A stretch of 44,027 nucleotides of DNA, taken from the NCBI GenBank assembly GCA_965602375.1, contig CBFCZG010000002.1, positions 1-44,027 of the forward strand, given 5' to 3'. Shown piece after piece: positions 8,491 to 17,186 of the stretch. A program made the position numbers and the translations under genes. The notes below the pieces were generated by a model. It ran no database searches and had not been told where the DNA came from. It saw nothing but the letters and a program-made list of their open reading frames with translations. This stretch comes from an uncultured Phycisphaerae bacterium. GTDB lineage: Bacteria > Planctomycetota > Phycisphaerae > UBA1845 > DATKUK01. How positions within the stretch are numbered: position 1 is the first letter of the stretch; each line of letters starts with the position of its first letter.

Positions 8491-9132
8491 ATGACGTGCA
8501 GATATCCGTTGATCACGCTCGCCGGCGCGAGCTGCATCGCGCTGGCCCTTACCCTGGCGGGCGGATGTTCCAAGCAAGGAGACGCCAAACCCATGAGCAG
8601 TACCCAGAGACCAGACGCCCAAAGCAACGTGTCGCAGCCCGTCGACCCACCGGCCAATACTGAAATCGCCACCTTCGGCGCGGGCTGCTTCTGGGGCGTC
8701 GAGGCGGCCTTTCGGCAGATCAAAGGCGTGACCGCGACGGCTGTCGGCTATTCCGGCGGCACGATGGTCAACCCCACCTACCGCGACGTTTGCACTGATC
8801 GAACGGGGCATGTTGAGGTGGTTCGCGTGGAGTACAACCCCGACGCAGTGTCCTATGACGATCTGTTGGAGGTCTTCTGGACCAACCACGACCCCACCCA
8901 GGTCAACCGGCAAGGACCCGACGTGGGCAGGCAGTATCGCTCGGTGATCTTCTACCACAGCGATGTGCAGGCTGAGGCTGCTCGCGCGTCGAAGGACAAG
9001 CTGGAGCAGTCGGGGCGGTTCAGCCGCCCTATCGCCACGCAGATCGAGCCAGGCGCCGAGTTCTATCGCGCAGAGGAATACCACCAGCAGTATCTGGAGA
9101 AACGCGGCTTGGCGTCATGCCATATTCAGTAA
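8491..9132 (+). CDS. msrA: Peptide-methionine (S)-S-oxide reductase MsrA, exported or lipoprotein form
   Basis: Catalytic motif [10 protein letters not shown]-terminal signal with lipobox LAGGC. ATG at 8491 is preceded by GAGGTGA. The ORF track begins at GTG 8482. Confidence 0.9.
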   Translation: MTCRYPLITLAGASCIALALTLAGGCSKQGDAKPMSSTQRPDAQSNVSQPVDPPANTEIATFGAGCFWGVEAAFRQIKGVTATAVGYSGGTMVNPTYRDVCTDRTGHVEVVRVEYNPDAVSYDDLLEVFWTNHDPTQVNRQGPDVGRQYRSVIFYHSDVQAEAARASKDKLEQSGRFSRPIATQIEPGAEFYRAEEYHQQYLEKRGLASCHIQ

Positions 9133-9216
9133 CGCGTCGTCGACTGAGCGTGGCACGCACATACGCGGAAACCCGCGGCCCGGCATGCGCAGGAGCGTGC
9201 TACCCCAGCGGGACTT

Positions 9217-9993
9217 CTATTGGCTGTGCTTGCTGTCCCTGGCGATCTGGCGGGCTTGGCGGCTGGCGTCGGCCGACCCACTGGCGATGAAGCCCACGTC
9301 CAAAGCCGATGCAATCAGGTTCACCCCCAACGAAACGCACACTTCGCACATGTCGCGGCCCACGCCCATAGCGGCTGAGAGCTTGCCGTGTCTGCGGCAT
9401 GCGTCGACGATGGCCTGGAGGTCGCCAGTCACAACGTCCTGCGGATGGGGCTGATCCATCGGGTGGCCTCGCCGCAACATCAGGTCGTCCGGGCCGAGGT
9501 GCACACAGTCCACACCACCGACGGCGGCGATCTGGTCGACGGCCGCCATCCCTTCGGGCGATTCGACCTGAACGATGAGTGTCGTGTCGTCGTTCGCGGT
9601 GGCGGCGTACCCGCGCCCGTGCCGGTCCACAGCCCGTCGGCCGCCGAACGAGCGGTCGCCCAAAGGCGGAAACTTGGCCGCCTGGACCACCGCCTGAGCT
9701 TGACCGGCGTTGTGCACCTGCGGAACGATGACGCCCGTAGCACCCATATCGAGCGCCATACCGATGGCGCCCGCATCGTGACCCGGCACGCGCACAAACG
9801 ACGCTCGCCCCACCAGATCACACGCCCGCACCAGCGCCAGCAGATCCTGGTAACCCAGTTGCCCGTGCTGCCCGTCGAGCCAGAACCAGTCCCAGTCCGA
9901 CCCGATTCGCTCGACCGCCCCGGGCAGCGGATACGTGATCACACACCCGAACTGCGGCTGCCCTGCTTGTAGCCGGTCTTGGAAGGAACTCAC
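9217..9993 (-). CDS. HpcH/HpaI-family 2-keto-3-deoxy-acid aldolase
   Basis: Family-like segments FVRVPGHDAGAIGMALDMGATGVIVPQV and AKFPPLGDRSFGG. Lies 35 nt downstream of the heparinase-like gene on the same strand. Confidence 0.8.
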   Translation of the reverse strand: MSSFQDRLQAGQPQFGCVITYPLPGAVERIGSDWDWFWLDGQHGQLGYQDLLALVRACDLVGRASFVRVPGHDAGAIGMALDMGATGVIVPQVHNAGQAQAVVQAAKFPPLGDRSFGGRRAVDRHGRGYAATANDDTTLIVQVESPEGMAAVDQIAAVGGVDCVHLGPDDLMLRRGHPMDQPHPQDVVTGDLQAIVDACRRHGKLSAAMGVGRDMCEVCVSLGVNLIASALDVGFIASGSADASRQARQIARDSKHSQ

Positions 9994-10028
9994 GTCGCTA
10001 CTCCTTCACTTACGCTGGTCGAGCCCAC

Positions 10029-12386
10029 TCAACGGGCGGCCGTGGTGACCTCGGCGCTATGACCGTCCAGTCGGATTTTGGCCGACACGTCGCGGTCGCC
10101 GCGGCGGAAGCGTACGAGCACGTCCCGACCGTCAATTTGGCTGCCGACTTCGGCCAGCGTCTCAGCCGCCTCGGGCTTCACGTGCAGCACCGTAACCATC
10201 ACGGCCGAGTTATCGCTGAGCTGCGGCCGGACGCGCAGACGCTGCGTGCTCTTCATCCGACTGCCGCGGACGACGGGCCACGTTCCGACCTCCACCTGCT
10301 CGCGGTCGCCACCGGCCAAGTGCACGTCGAGGCATACGCCGTCGCGGTTGATGCGGACGAGTTGCTCCGCCGGTTGCGTAACGGCCGCCTCGGGCTCGGC
10401 ATGCAGCAACCAATCAAACGTCGGTACGCGCGGCTGCGAGCGGCTGCAAATCACCAACTTGGTGAACTTGGCGTCGGCGCCGATGGGTCGGCCCTGTACG
10501 GCCACACGCTGACCGGGCTTGAGTTCCACGTCGCGGAACACACGGGTATGCAGGTCGGTCTCGGGCACGTCGTTGCGCCACTTGGCCACGACCTTGTCAT
10601 CCACGGCCAGTTGATAGTTGCCCGTGCCCGGCTGGTTGTCGTAGTAGCTGACGTCGATGTCGTACTTGCCGGCGGCACCGTTGAACAAGACCCCGGCCTG
10701 ACATCGCTGGGCGGTGGGGATCACACACGGCCAGGGCGTTTGCGACACGACCATATTCTGAAGGTCGAGCTGATCCCACTGGTGGCGCTGCAACACGCCG
10801 GTCGGTTCGGCCCGAAGGTCGTCCACCACGACGATCACGTCGGGCTTTATGAGCAACCAGTGTCGCACGAAGCGGCCCAGCCCTAGCCCCGGGTGATAAG
10901 CTCCGGTCGCATCGCCGGCGACGTAGTCGTGCGTCGGTTGGTTGACGGCACTGAGGATCTTGGCCGTGTGGCCATGGGCCTGGGCGTCCTTGCTGCTGAA
11001 CCACTCCGTGCCCTCGCCCAACTGCCCCGCCCCATTGACCAGCACAGTGCTGTGATTTGGGGTGCGCTTCAGGTGCGTGTAGCCGGGGTCGATCGCCAGC
11101 CACTTGCCGTAACCGTATATCTGAAAGCTATTTACGTCGGGATGTGCGTGGGCCGCACCCAGGTCGCGGGTGGCCTTGCCGTCGACGGCGTGGCCCTGCC
11201 AGGGCCCGCACCGCAGGCCGACCATCACCGCATCGGCACCCCAGCCGCTGCGCATCATGATCTGGCCGGTGTCGGTCATGTGGCCGAGCGTGGGCAGGGC
11301 TTCGCGCGGGATGGGCTTCACGGTCGGGTCGTGCCACAGGATGCACAGGTGGGTCGACCGGCCGACACCGAGCATGTCGGCCAGTTGCTGCCCGATCCAT
11401 TGTGCCCGGCCGTCGCGGTACTGGGCGGCGATGCGGAACATCGTGTGGACCGGTAGGTGCGACTCGGCCGCCCGCGGCGAGTCACCGAAGGTCATGGCCC
11501 AGTTATGTCTGGCCATCACCGGCAGGGTCGAATGGACGAGGTACTCGGGCCATTGGCGGAACCACTTGCAGTCATAGTAGTCGCGCCCGAGCAGCGACTT
11601 GGCCAGTTCTGCGTATCGCAGGCAATATTCCAGTGCATAGGCACCGTAACTGAGGCCCTCGATGCTCGTACCGTCGGGATTGGAGACGGCAAACACGTTG
11701 CGGAAGAACCAGTCGGACAGCGCCAGCCACTTCTCGGCGCGGTCGTCGTCGCCGTATAGCACGGCTGCGGCGGAGGCGAGGCCGGCCAGATTCACGTGCC
11801 CGTGGTTCTGGAGGAACTGGTTGCGCCAGTACCCTCGGCCGCTGGTCGACGCACGAAATTGCAGCTCAGCCTGCTTGCCAAGCTGGGTGCGGACGAGGCT
11901 TCGCTCTTGCTCGGTGAGTTCGGGATATAGCCAGTCATAGGCGACGGCGGCCCCGGTCAGCAGATGGCCGTGGAGCAGATCGGTGCTCGGGTCCCACACG
12001 TCCTTGGCGACCAGGGCCAGCAGATGCTTCTTGGCGGTCGCAAGCAACTCGGGGTCTTCGGTCATGGCCCAGGCGAAGGCCAGGTGGGCCAGATGGTCGC
12101 CGTCACCACGGCCCCAACGCCGTCCGGGCGGCGGCGATGCTTTGTACTTGTCGAGCCTTTCGGCCACGGGCTTCCACAGGGCCTGGTGTGTGGTCTTGAT
12201 ACGCTCGCGCCAGACGGGCCATTGGTCGGCGGTCACGTAGAGACGTGGGTGCACGTCGGCGAACCGGGCAAGGTGCTTTCGGGCAGGGGAATCCAACTCG
12301 AGCTTGCCGGGCTCGGAGGGCGGGTACGGTACGGCAGCGACAGAGATCGGGCAGGCAAGGGCAAACAGAACGAACACAACATGCAC
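10029..12386 (-). CDS. Secreted heparinase II/III-like polysaccharide lyase family protein
   Basis: Signal peptide MHVVFVLFALACPISVAA. Alpha/alpha toroid-like segment NQFLQNHGHVNLAGLASAA. Heparinase II/III C-terminal-like segment HAHPDVNSFQIYGYGKWLAIDPGY. Confidence 0.75.
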   Translation of the reverse strand: MHVVFVLFALACPISVAAVPYPPSEPGKLELDSPARKHLARFADVHPRLYVTADQWPVWRERIKTTHQALWKPVAERLDKYKASPPPGRRWGRGDGDHLAHLAFAWAMTEDPELLATAKKHLLALVAKDVWDPSTDLLHGHLLTGAAVAYDWLYPELTEQERSLVRTQLGKQAELQFRASTSGRGYWRNQFLQNHGHVNLAGLASAAAVLYGDDDRAEKWLALSDWFFRNVFAVSNPDGTSIEGLSYGAYALEYCLRYAELAKSLLGRDYYDCKWFRQWPEYLVHSTLPVMARHNWAMTFGDSPRAAESHLPVHTMFRIAAQYRDGRAQWIGQQLADMLGVGRSTHLCILWHDPTVKPIPREALPTLGHMTDTGQIMMRSGWGADAVMVGLRCGPWQGHAVDGKATRDLGAAHAHPDVNSFQIYGYGKWLAIDPGYTHLKRTPNHSTVLVNGAGQLGEGTEWFSSKDAQAHGHTAKILSAVNQPTHDYVAGDATGAYHPGLGLGRFVRHWLLIKPDVIVVVDDLRAEPTGVLQRHQWDQLDLQNMVVSQTPWPCVIPTAQRCQAGVLFNGAAGKYDIDVSYYDNQPGTGNYQLAVDDKVVAKWRNDVPETDLHTRVFRDVELKPGQRVAVQGRPIGADAKFTKLVICSRSQPRVPTFDWLLHAEPEAAVTQPAEQLVRINRDGVCLDVHLAGGDREQVEVGTWPVVRGSRMKSTQRLRVRPQLSDNSAVMVTVLHVKPEAAETLAEVGSQIDGRDVLVRFRRGDRDVSAKIRLDGHSAEVTTAAR

Positions 12387-12596
12387 TCCTCAACATCATG
12401 GGCCGACAAGGCGGCCCTCAAGGGGATGTTGGTAGCCGCTGGATCATGCCGGGTCAAGCGCAAGCTGCGGCTGGGGATCGACTTGCGGCGGCGCGTAGAT
12501 AGGGGCGGCCGGCCAGTTGACAATGCGAACCTTCCAGTCAGGGCAAATCCCCTGAAACAGTTCGTCGTGTTTGCTGTAGTATAGGCGAACACAGCG

Positions 12597-13205
12597 ATGG
12601 GGCACGATCTGGTGAATAGCGATGGTCATCGCCGCGATGTCGAATTGGTCCGAGCCGTTTGTGCGGGCGATGGAGGCGAATACGCCGCGTTGGTGGACCG
12701 GCATCTGGCCGGCGTGTATGCGGTAGTAGCCCGGATCGTCATCAGCAAAGACGATGCAGAGGATCTGACGCAGGAAACGTTTGCAAGGGCATTCGAACGG
12801 CTGGCTTTATACGACATGGAACGATGCTTTCGAAACTGGATTCTGAAGATCGCCACGAATCTGGCGATCAACCACCTGCGGCGGCGGCAGCGCGAACGGA
12901 TGGGCAGGCTCCGGCTGGCTGAGGAGAGGAAAGTGACGGCGAACCCAGCACCTCGAACTGATGAGATACCCAGTTCGCACCAGTGGCGGCACTGGCTGGG
13001 CCAGCTCGACGAGATGCAGCGGACGGCGATCGTGCTGTTCCACTTCGAGCAGATGCCGTGTGCCAAGATTGCCGACGTGTTGGACGTGCCGGCCACGACG
13101 GTGAGGACCCATCTCCATCGAGGGCGACGGCGGCTGCGCGAGTTGATGAGTAATTGCAAGAGTGTAGGAAACGGATCATGGAATGTCGCGATACAGAACG
13201 GTTGA
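12597..13205 (+). CDS. ECF-type RNA polymerase sigma-70 family factor
   Basis: Region 2, DAEDLTQETFARAFERL...FRNWILKIATNLAINHLRR. Region 4 helix-turn-helix, MQRTAIVLFHFEQMPCAKIADVLDVPATTVRTHLHRGRRRL. Confidence 0.85.
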   Translation: MGHDLVNSDGHRRDVELVRAVCAGDGGEYAALVDRHLAGVYAVVARIVISKDDAEDLTQETFARAFERLALYDMERCFRNWILKIATNLAINHLRRRQRERMGRLRLAEERKVTANPAPRTDEIPSSHQWRHWLGQLDEMQRTAIVLFHFEQMPCAKIADVLDVPATTVRTHLHRGRRRLRELMSNCKSVGNGSWNVAIQNG

Positions 13206-13840
13206 TCGACGCGTGGCTCGACCGCGAGTTGCCAAGTGAGCAGGTCCGGCAGGTCGAGGCACATATGAGTGAGTGTCCGGCCTGTCGGCGCCGATTCATG
13301 CCGGTGGTCGATTTCCTCGGCTCGGCCGAGCCGGTGAGCGTGCCGGACGGCCTGCGCGATCGCATTATCGACGCCGTCAGCCACACAGCCAACGGGCGAA
13401 CGTCTGGAGAAGGTCGGACGATGGGCGTCCGTCGTTGGCGGCTGGCGTGGATCGGCGCGGCGGCGGCCTGCGTGGGGTTCTTCGTGGTTGGGTGGTTTGG
13501 TTCGCAGTGGTGGGTTTCGCCGAGCGAAAGCGTGACGGAAACGGGCAAGCTCGCTGAGCGACCCGAGGTCATGCCACAACCCCAGGTTACTGTAGTGCTG
13601 AGCCCGTGGATGCTGAGCAGTTGGGCGCAGGCGATGGCGCTGCGTGGGCCGGCCAATCCGGCACCGTTGTTCGCCCAGGCGTTGGTAGCCGAGTTGGCAA
13701 GCGAGCGATCGGTCGAGACGACGCCAGTGATACGCATCCGCCGGCAGCCCATCATGCCGGAAGCCGCCGACCGCGGACCAGACGCATGGGAGTCTGACAT
13801 CCCGTTTCTGGTTACTCTGAATCCAGGATTGCGACTTTAG
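13178..13840 (+). CDS. Membrane-anchored zinc-type (H-x3-C-x2-C) anti-sigma factor
   Basis: ATG at 13178 is preceded by AGGAA and overlaps the sigma gene by 28 nt. zf-HC2 motif HMSECPAC. Single TM segment WRLAWIGAAAACVGFFVVGWFG, followed by an extracytoplasmic domain of about 115 aa. Confidence 0.75.
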   Translation: MECRDTERLIDAWLDRELPSEQVRQVEAHMSECPACRRRFMPVVDFLGSAEPVSVPDGLRDRIIDAVSHTANGRTSGEGRTMGVRRWRLAWIGAAAACVGFFVVGWFGSQWWVSPSESVTETGKLAERPEVMPQPQVTVVLSPWMLSSWAQAMALRGPANPAPLFAQALVAELASERSVETTPVIRIRRQPIMPEAADRGPDAWESDIPFLVTLNPGLRL

Positions 13841-13849
13841 GAGTATGAC

Positions 13850-14836
13850 ATGTATACCCAATCTACCCAGTCATATAGAGAGACGGCCTGGCCGGTCCTG
13901 TGGCGCCGGGCGGCGATCAGCATCCTGACGATCGTGCTGGCCGGCGACGCGGGCTGGGCGAGGTCGCCCGATGTGGAAGATCCGATCGAGCGATCCATGA
14001 CGTTCATCGACAAGATCATGCAAGCGACCAAACTGGCCAACGACAACAAGACCAAAGAGGCGCTGGCGCTGTTTGAGAAGCTTGCGGCTGACTATGGCGA
14101 CCTCGACGAGGACGGGCTAGTCGCGATGTCCATCGGCGACTGCCTGGTCGCTTTGAAGCAGTACCGGGAGGCACGAACGGCCTATCACAATGCAGCCGAA
14201 GCTCATCCGGAGCTAGCCCGCAGCGTCAGACAGAGAGTCGTGGAACTGGAGTTGGCCGGTGAGGTGAGCGAAGTGCTGGTCGAGGACCTTCGCGTAGCCA
14301 CCGCAGACCAGGACGAGGTTACCGCCGGCGCCTACTGGCGACTTGGCCGGGCGCTTCAGAAGCGGGCGAAAGCGACGCTGATCGAGGCCGCCACGGCGTT
14401 CCGACTCGCGGGCAGTGTCGAGCCTTCGCAGATGAGCTTCTGCCGTCCCGTTCCTATGCGTCGGCAAGCCGCGATGCTGGAGGAGTTGGCTGAAGACCTC
14501 GGTGCACTGATCGATCAGAGCGAGGAGCGATGGGGATGGCTGCGCCAGCTCATCGCCGGAGGGTCACCACGCAGTCGGGCCACACTTGCCAAGCCCGACC
14601 TGGTCGTCCAGGCACGGCGGTGTGAGTACACCGTGCAGGCGAGGGAAGACCCGCCGATCAAGCTCGAGATTACGCAGGACAAGGACGACTGCACGATGCG
14701 GTACGCCGCCGATGGCAAACCGATCGTGTTGACCGAGACGCAGAAGCTGCTGATTCGCCGTCACGAGGCGCGGATCAACGCCATCCTTCTCGAAGCGGTA
14801 AAGCAGGACGGGACTAGTCATGACAGCGAGTCATAG
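13850..14836 (+). CDS. Signal-anchored TPR-like helical-repeat protein, unknown function
   Basis: ATG lies 9 nt after the anti-sigma stop, and the AGGAG overlaps that stop codon. N-terminal hydrophobic segment AAISILTIVLAG. TPR-like stretch EALALFEKLAADYGDLDEDGLVAMSIGDCLVALKQYREARTAYHNAAEAHP. Confidence 0.6.
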   Translation: MYTQSTQSYRETAWPVLWRRAAISILTIVLAGDAGWARSPDVEDPIERSMTFIDKIMQATKLANDNKTKEALALFEKLAADYGDLDEDGLVAMSIGDCLVALKQYREARTAYHNAAEAHPELARSVRQRVVELELAGEVSEVLVEDLRVATADQDEVTAGAYWRLGRALQKRAKATLIEAATAFRLAGSVEPSQMSFCRPVPMRRQAAMLEELAEDLGALIDQSEERWGWLRQLIAGGSPRSRATLAKPDLVVQARRCEYTVQAREDPPIKLEITQDKDDCTMRYAADGKPIVLTETQKLLIRRHEARINAILLEAVKQDGTSHDSES

Positions 14837-14900
14837 CGGGAGCCGGACTGACGGCCGATGGCATCAATCGGGAGTCAAGCCCAGAAACGAGGAGATCACG

Positions 14901-16049
14901 ATGAATACGAGACGGATACTGATCATGGCATGTGTCCTGACTGGCGCGTGGGTCGGGGTGGCGCGAGCCGAGGCGCCGGAGGCGCCCGACTGGGTGGAGT
15001 TCAAGATCGCCGACATGTACAGGCCCGGCCAGGTTACCCGGCTCATGTGCGTCACCAAGACCGTCGGGGCGATGAAGCTGTTCGATCCGATGCCCGAACA
15101 GAAGTTCATGCAGACATTCTGCCAGGAACTTGTGATGCGGGTCACAAAGGTCAATCCCGACAAATCGGTAGTGCTTGAACTGACCATGCCGCGAATCCGC
15201 ATGGAGATGAGCGTGTTCGGGATGGAGATGTCGGTCGACTCGCAGGTTCCCACCGAGCAGAAGAGCAAACAGCCGGGCATGGACTTCGTGGCAGCGTTGT
15301 TCAAGGGGATGACCAGGTTGAAGATGACCTGCACCATCGGTGCAGACGGGATGCCGCAGAAACTCGAAGGATTCAGCGAGGGCATCAAGAAGATCTTGGA
15401 CGACATCGGCAAGGAGGAGAACATTTCGCCCATGGAGAAGAAGATGCTGGACCAGATGGGCGAGTTTCTAAGCGACGACTTGATGCTGGAGCAGTTCAAG
15501 AGCTACTACCGGCTGACGCCGCTGAGCAAACGGCTGGCCGTGGGCGAGACCTGGCAGCATGAGTGGAACCAGATGATGGGCTTTATGAACATGCTCATGA
15601 AAGGCCAAGGCGAGTACGAGCTGCTCGGCATCGAGCCGTTGCGGGGCCGGCGGTGCGCCAAGATCCGCACCAAGGAGTCGTTCACCTCTGTCCCTGCCGC
15701 CGAGCGTGACAAGAGCGGAACAATCTTCGACCGCATGGACATGAAAATGACGTCCAGTGGGGGCGACGGCGTGGCCTATGTGGACTGCAAGACGGCCGAT
15801 CTGGTCAAACTGCGTCAGACACAGCGAATGACCATCGAGATGACGTTCGCGGCCGATCCCCAGGCCGAAGAGCCGGAGATGCGGGCGGGCTTCGGCACGA
15901 TGGTGCAGAAGCTCAACAATTCGGTGAGCGTCGACTTGATCGAGGAAGGCGACGACCCCTGGGCCGACATTGTGAAGACGGCAACCACCACCGCCCCAGC
16001 CGGTGCAGCCGATGCAGCGGTCGAGCCGGCCGCTGCCGTCGGCCAGTAA
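14901..16049 (+). CDS. Secreted methionine-rich protein, unknown function
   Basis: ATG at 14901 is preceded by GAGGAG with a 6-nt spacer. Signal peptide MNTRRILIMACVLTGAWVGVARA. By my count 33 of 382 residues are Met, including the clusters MEMSVFGMEMSV, NQMMGFMNMLMKG and DRMDMKMT. Confidence 0.7.
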   Translation: MNTRRILIMACVLTGAWVGVARAEAPEAPDWVEFKIADMYRPGQVTRLMCVTKTVGAMKLFDPMPEQKFMQTFCQELVMRVTKVNPDKSVVLELTMPRIRMEMSVFGMEMSVDSQVPTEQKSKQPGMDFVAALFKGMTRLKMTCTIGADGMPQKLEGFSEGIKKILDDIGKEENISPMEKKMLDQMGEFLSDDLMLEQFKSYYRLTPLSKRLAVGETWQHEWNQMMGFMNMLMKGQGEYELLGIEPLRGRRCAKIRTKESFTSVPAAERDKSGTIFDRMDMKMTSSGGDGVAYVDCKTADLVKLRQTQRMTIEMTFAADPQAEEPEMRAGFGTMVQKLNNSVSVDLIEEGDDPWADIVKTATTTAPAGAADAAVEPAAAVGQ

Positions 16050-16074
16050 CCTCGTGTCATGTCAGTCAACCAAG

Positions 16075-16112
16075 CGCCTGCCGACTCTCTGGGGGGTCGG
16101 CAGGCGTCTTAT
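16075..16112 (+). terminator. Intrinsic terminator ending the ECF operon
   Basis: Perfect 11-bp stem CGCCTGCCGAC / GTCGGCAGGCG with a 10-nt loop, followed by TCTTAT, 26 nt after the stop codon. A second hairpin follows directly (GCGCGTG-GCAC...GTGC...CACGCGC, 16113-16143). Confidence 0.7.
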
Positions 16113-16271
16113 GCGCGTGGCACACCAGTGCATCGTCACGCGCACTTCCGCAGAACCAGCAGGTGCGGGAGGGATTGCCCTGGGCATACGCCGTCGCTAC
16201 GCTGAGCCCATTCACGCATCGTGTCGCAGGGCGGGAGTCAGACGGCACGATGAACAACCTCCGGCACGACA

Positions 16272-17186
16272 ATGACTGACGCTCTGGTTCTTGACGATGT
16301 ATGCAAATCATTCGGCCCGGTGCGGGCCGTCGATCATCTCGGTGTGCGCGTGCCGACCGGGTGCGTGTACGGCTTTCTGGGCCCCAACGGGGCGGGCAAA
16401 ACCACAACGCTACGGATGGTGATGGATATCATTCGCCCCGACAGCGGTCGCATCGAGGTGCTCGGCGACGGCCACCGGGCTGGGCGGCAGAGCCGGATCG
16501 GTTACATGCCCGAGGAGCGCGGTCTGTACCGCAAGATGACGGCCGCGAAGGTGCTGACCTACTTCGGGCAGATCAAGGGCTTGAGCGATCGGCAGGTCGC
16601 CGACCGCGTGCCGAAATGGCTCCAGCGCGTCGGGCTGGGCGAAGCGGCGAATCGAAAGGTCGAGGACCTCTCGCGCGGCATGCATCAGAAGCTCCAGTTT
16701 GCCGCCACGTGCATCAACGAGCCCGAGCTGGTGATCCTCGACGAGCCGTTCTCGGGCCTCGATCCGGTGAATCTGGATGCGATTGAGGGCATCATCCTGG
16801 CGATGCGCGATCAGGGCAGAACGATCATCTTCTCGACCCACGTGATGCACGAGGCGGAGCGGCTCTGTGATCGTATCCTGCTGATCAACCGGGGAAGACC
16901 CATCCTCGACGGCACGCTCGACGAGATCCGCGCCCGCCGGTCTTCGCGCGCGGTGTCGGTCGAACTGGAAGGTGATGCCGATTTCGTAGCCGCCCTGCCC
17001 GTCGTGGAACGCGTGACGCGGTCGGGTCGAGCGTGGGACGTAACCCTCGCACCCGAAGCCGATCCGCAGCAGCTTCTGGCTGAACTGGTCGGACGGGTGA
17101 AGGTACTGTCTTTTGCGGTCAAAGTGCCGTCGCTGCATGAGATCTTCGTGAATCTGGTTGGTGCCGACAGTGAACAGAATTCTTAG
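16272..17186 (+). CDS. ABC transporter ATP-binding protein (ABC-2 / NatA-like)
   Basis: Walker A GPNGAGKTTT, signature LSRGMHQK, Walker B LVILDEPFSGLD, and a C-terminal accessory domain. Confidence 0.9.
   Translation: MTDALVLDDVCKSFGPVRAVDHLGVRVPTGCVYGFLGPNGAGKTTTLRMVMDIIRPDSGRIEVLGDGHRAGRQSRIGYMPEERGLYRKMTAAKVLTYFGQIKGLSDRQVADRVPKWLQRVGLGEAANRKVEDLSRGMHQKLQFAATCINEPELVILDEPFSGLDPVNLDAIEGIILAMRDQGRTIIFSTHVMHEAERLCDRILLINRGRPILDGTLDEIRARRSSRAVSVELEGDADFVAALPVVERVTRSGRAWDVTLAPEADPQQLLAELVGRVKVLSFAVKVPSLHEIFVNLVGADSEQNS

Noticed and set aside
12444-12704. 86-aa minus-strand ORF in the sigma-factor upstream region
   Set aside because: Any start codon would lie inside the ECF sigma gene. There is no ribosome-binding site, and the divergent overlap is implausible.
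12626-13861. 411-aa minus-strand ORF (and the nested 12868..13800 ORF)
   Set aside because: It is antisense to the ECF sigma and anti-sigma genes, which carry clear family motifs. The translation is Arg/Ser/Ala-rich junk.
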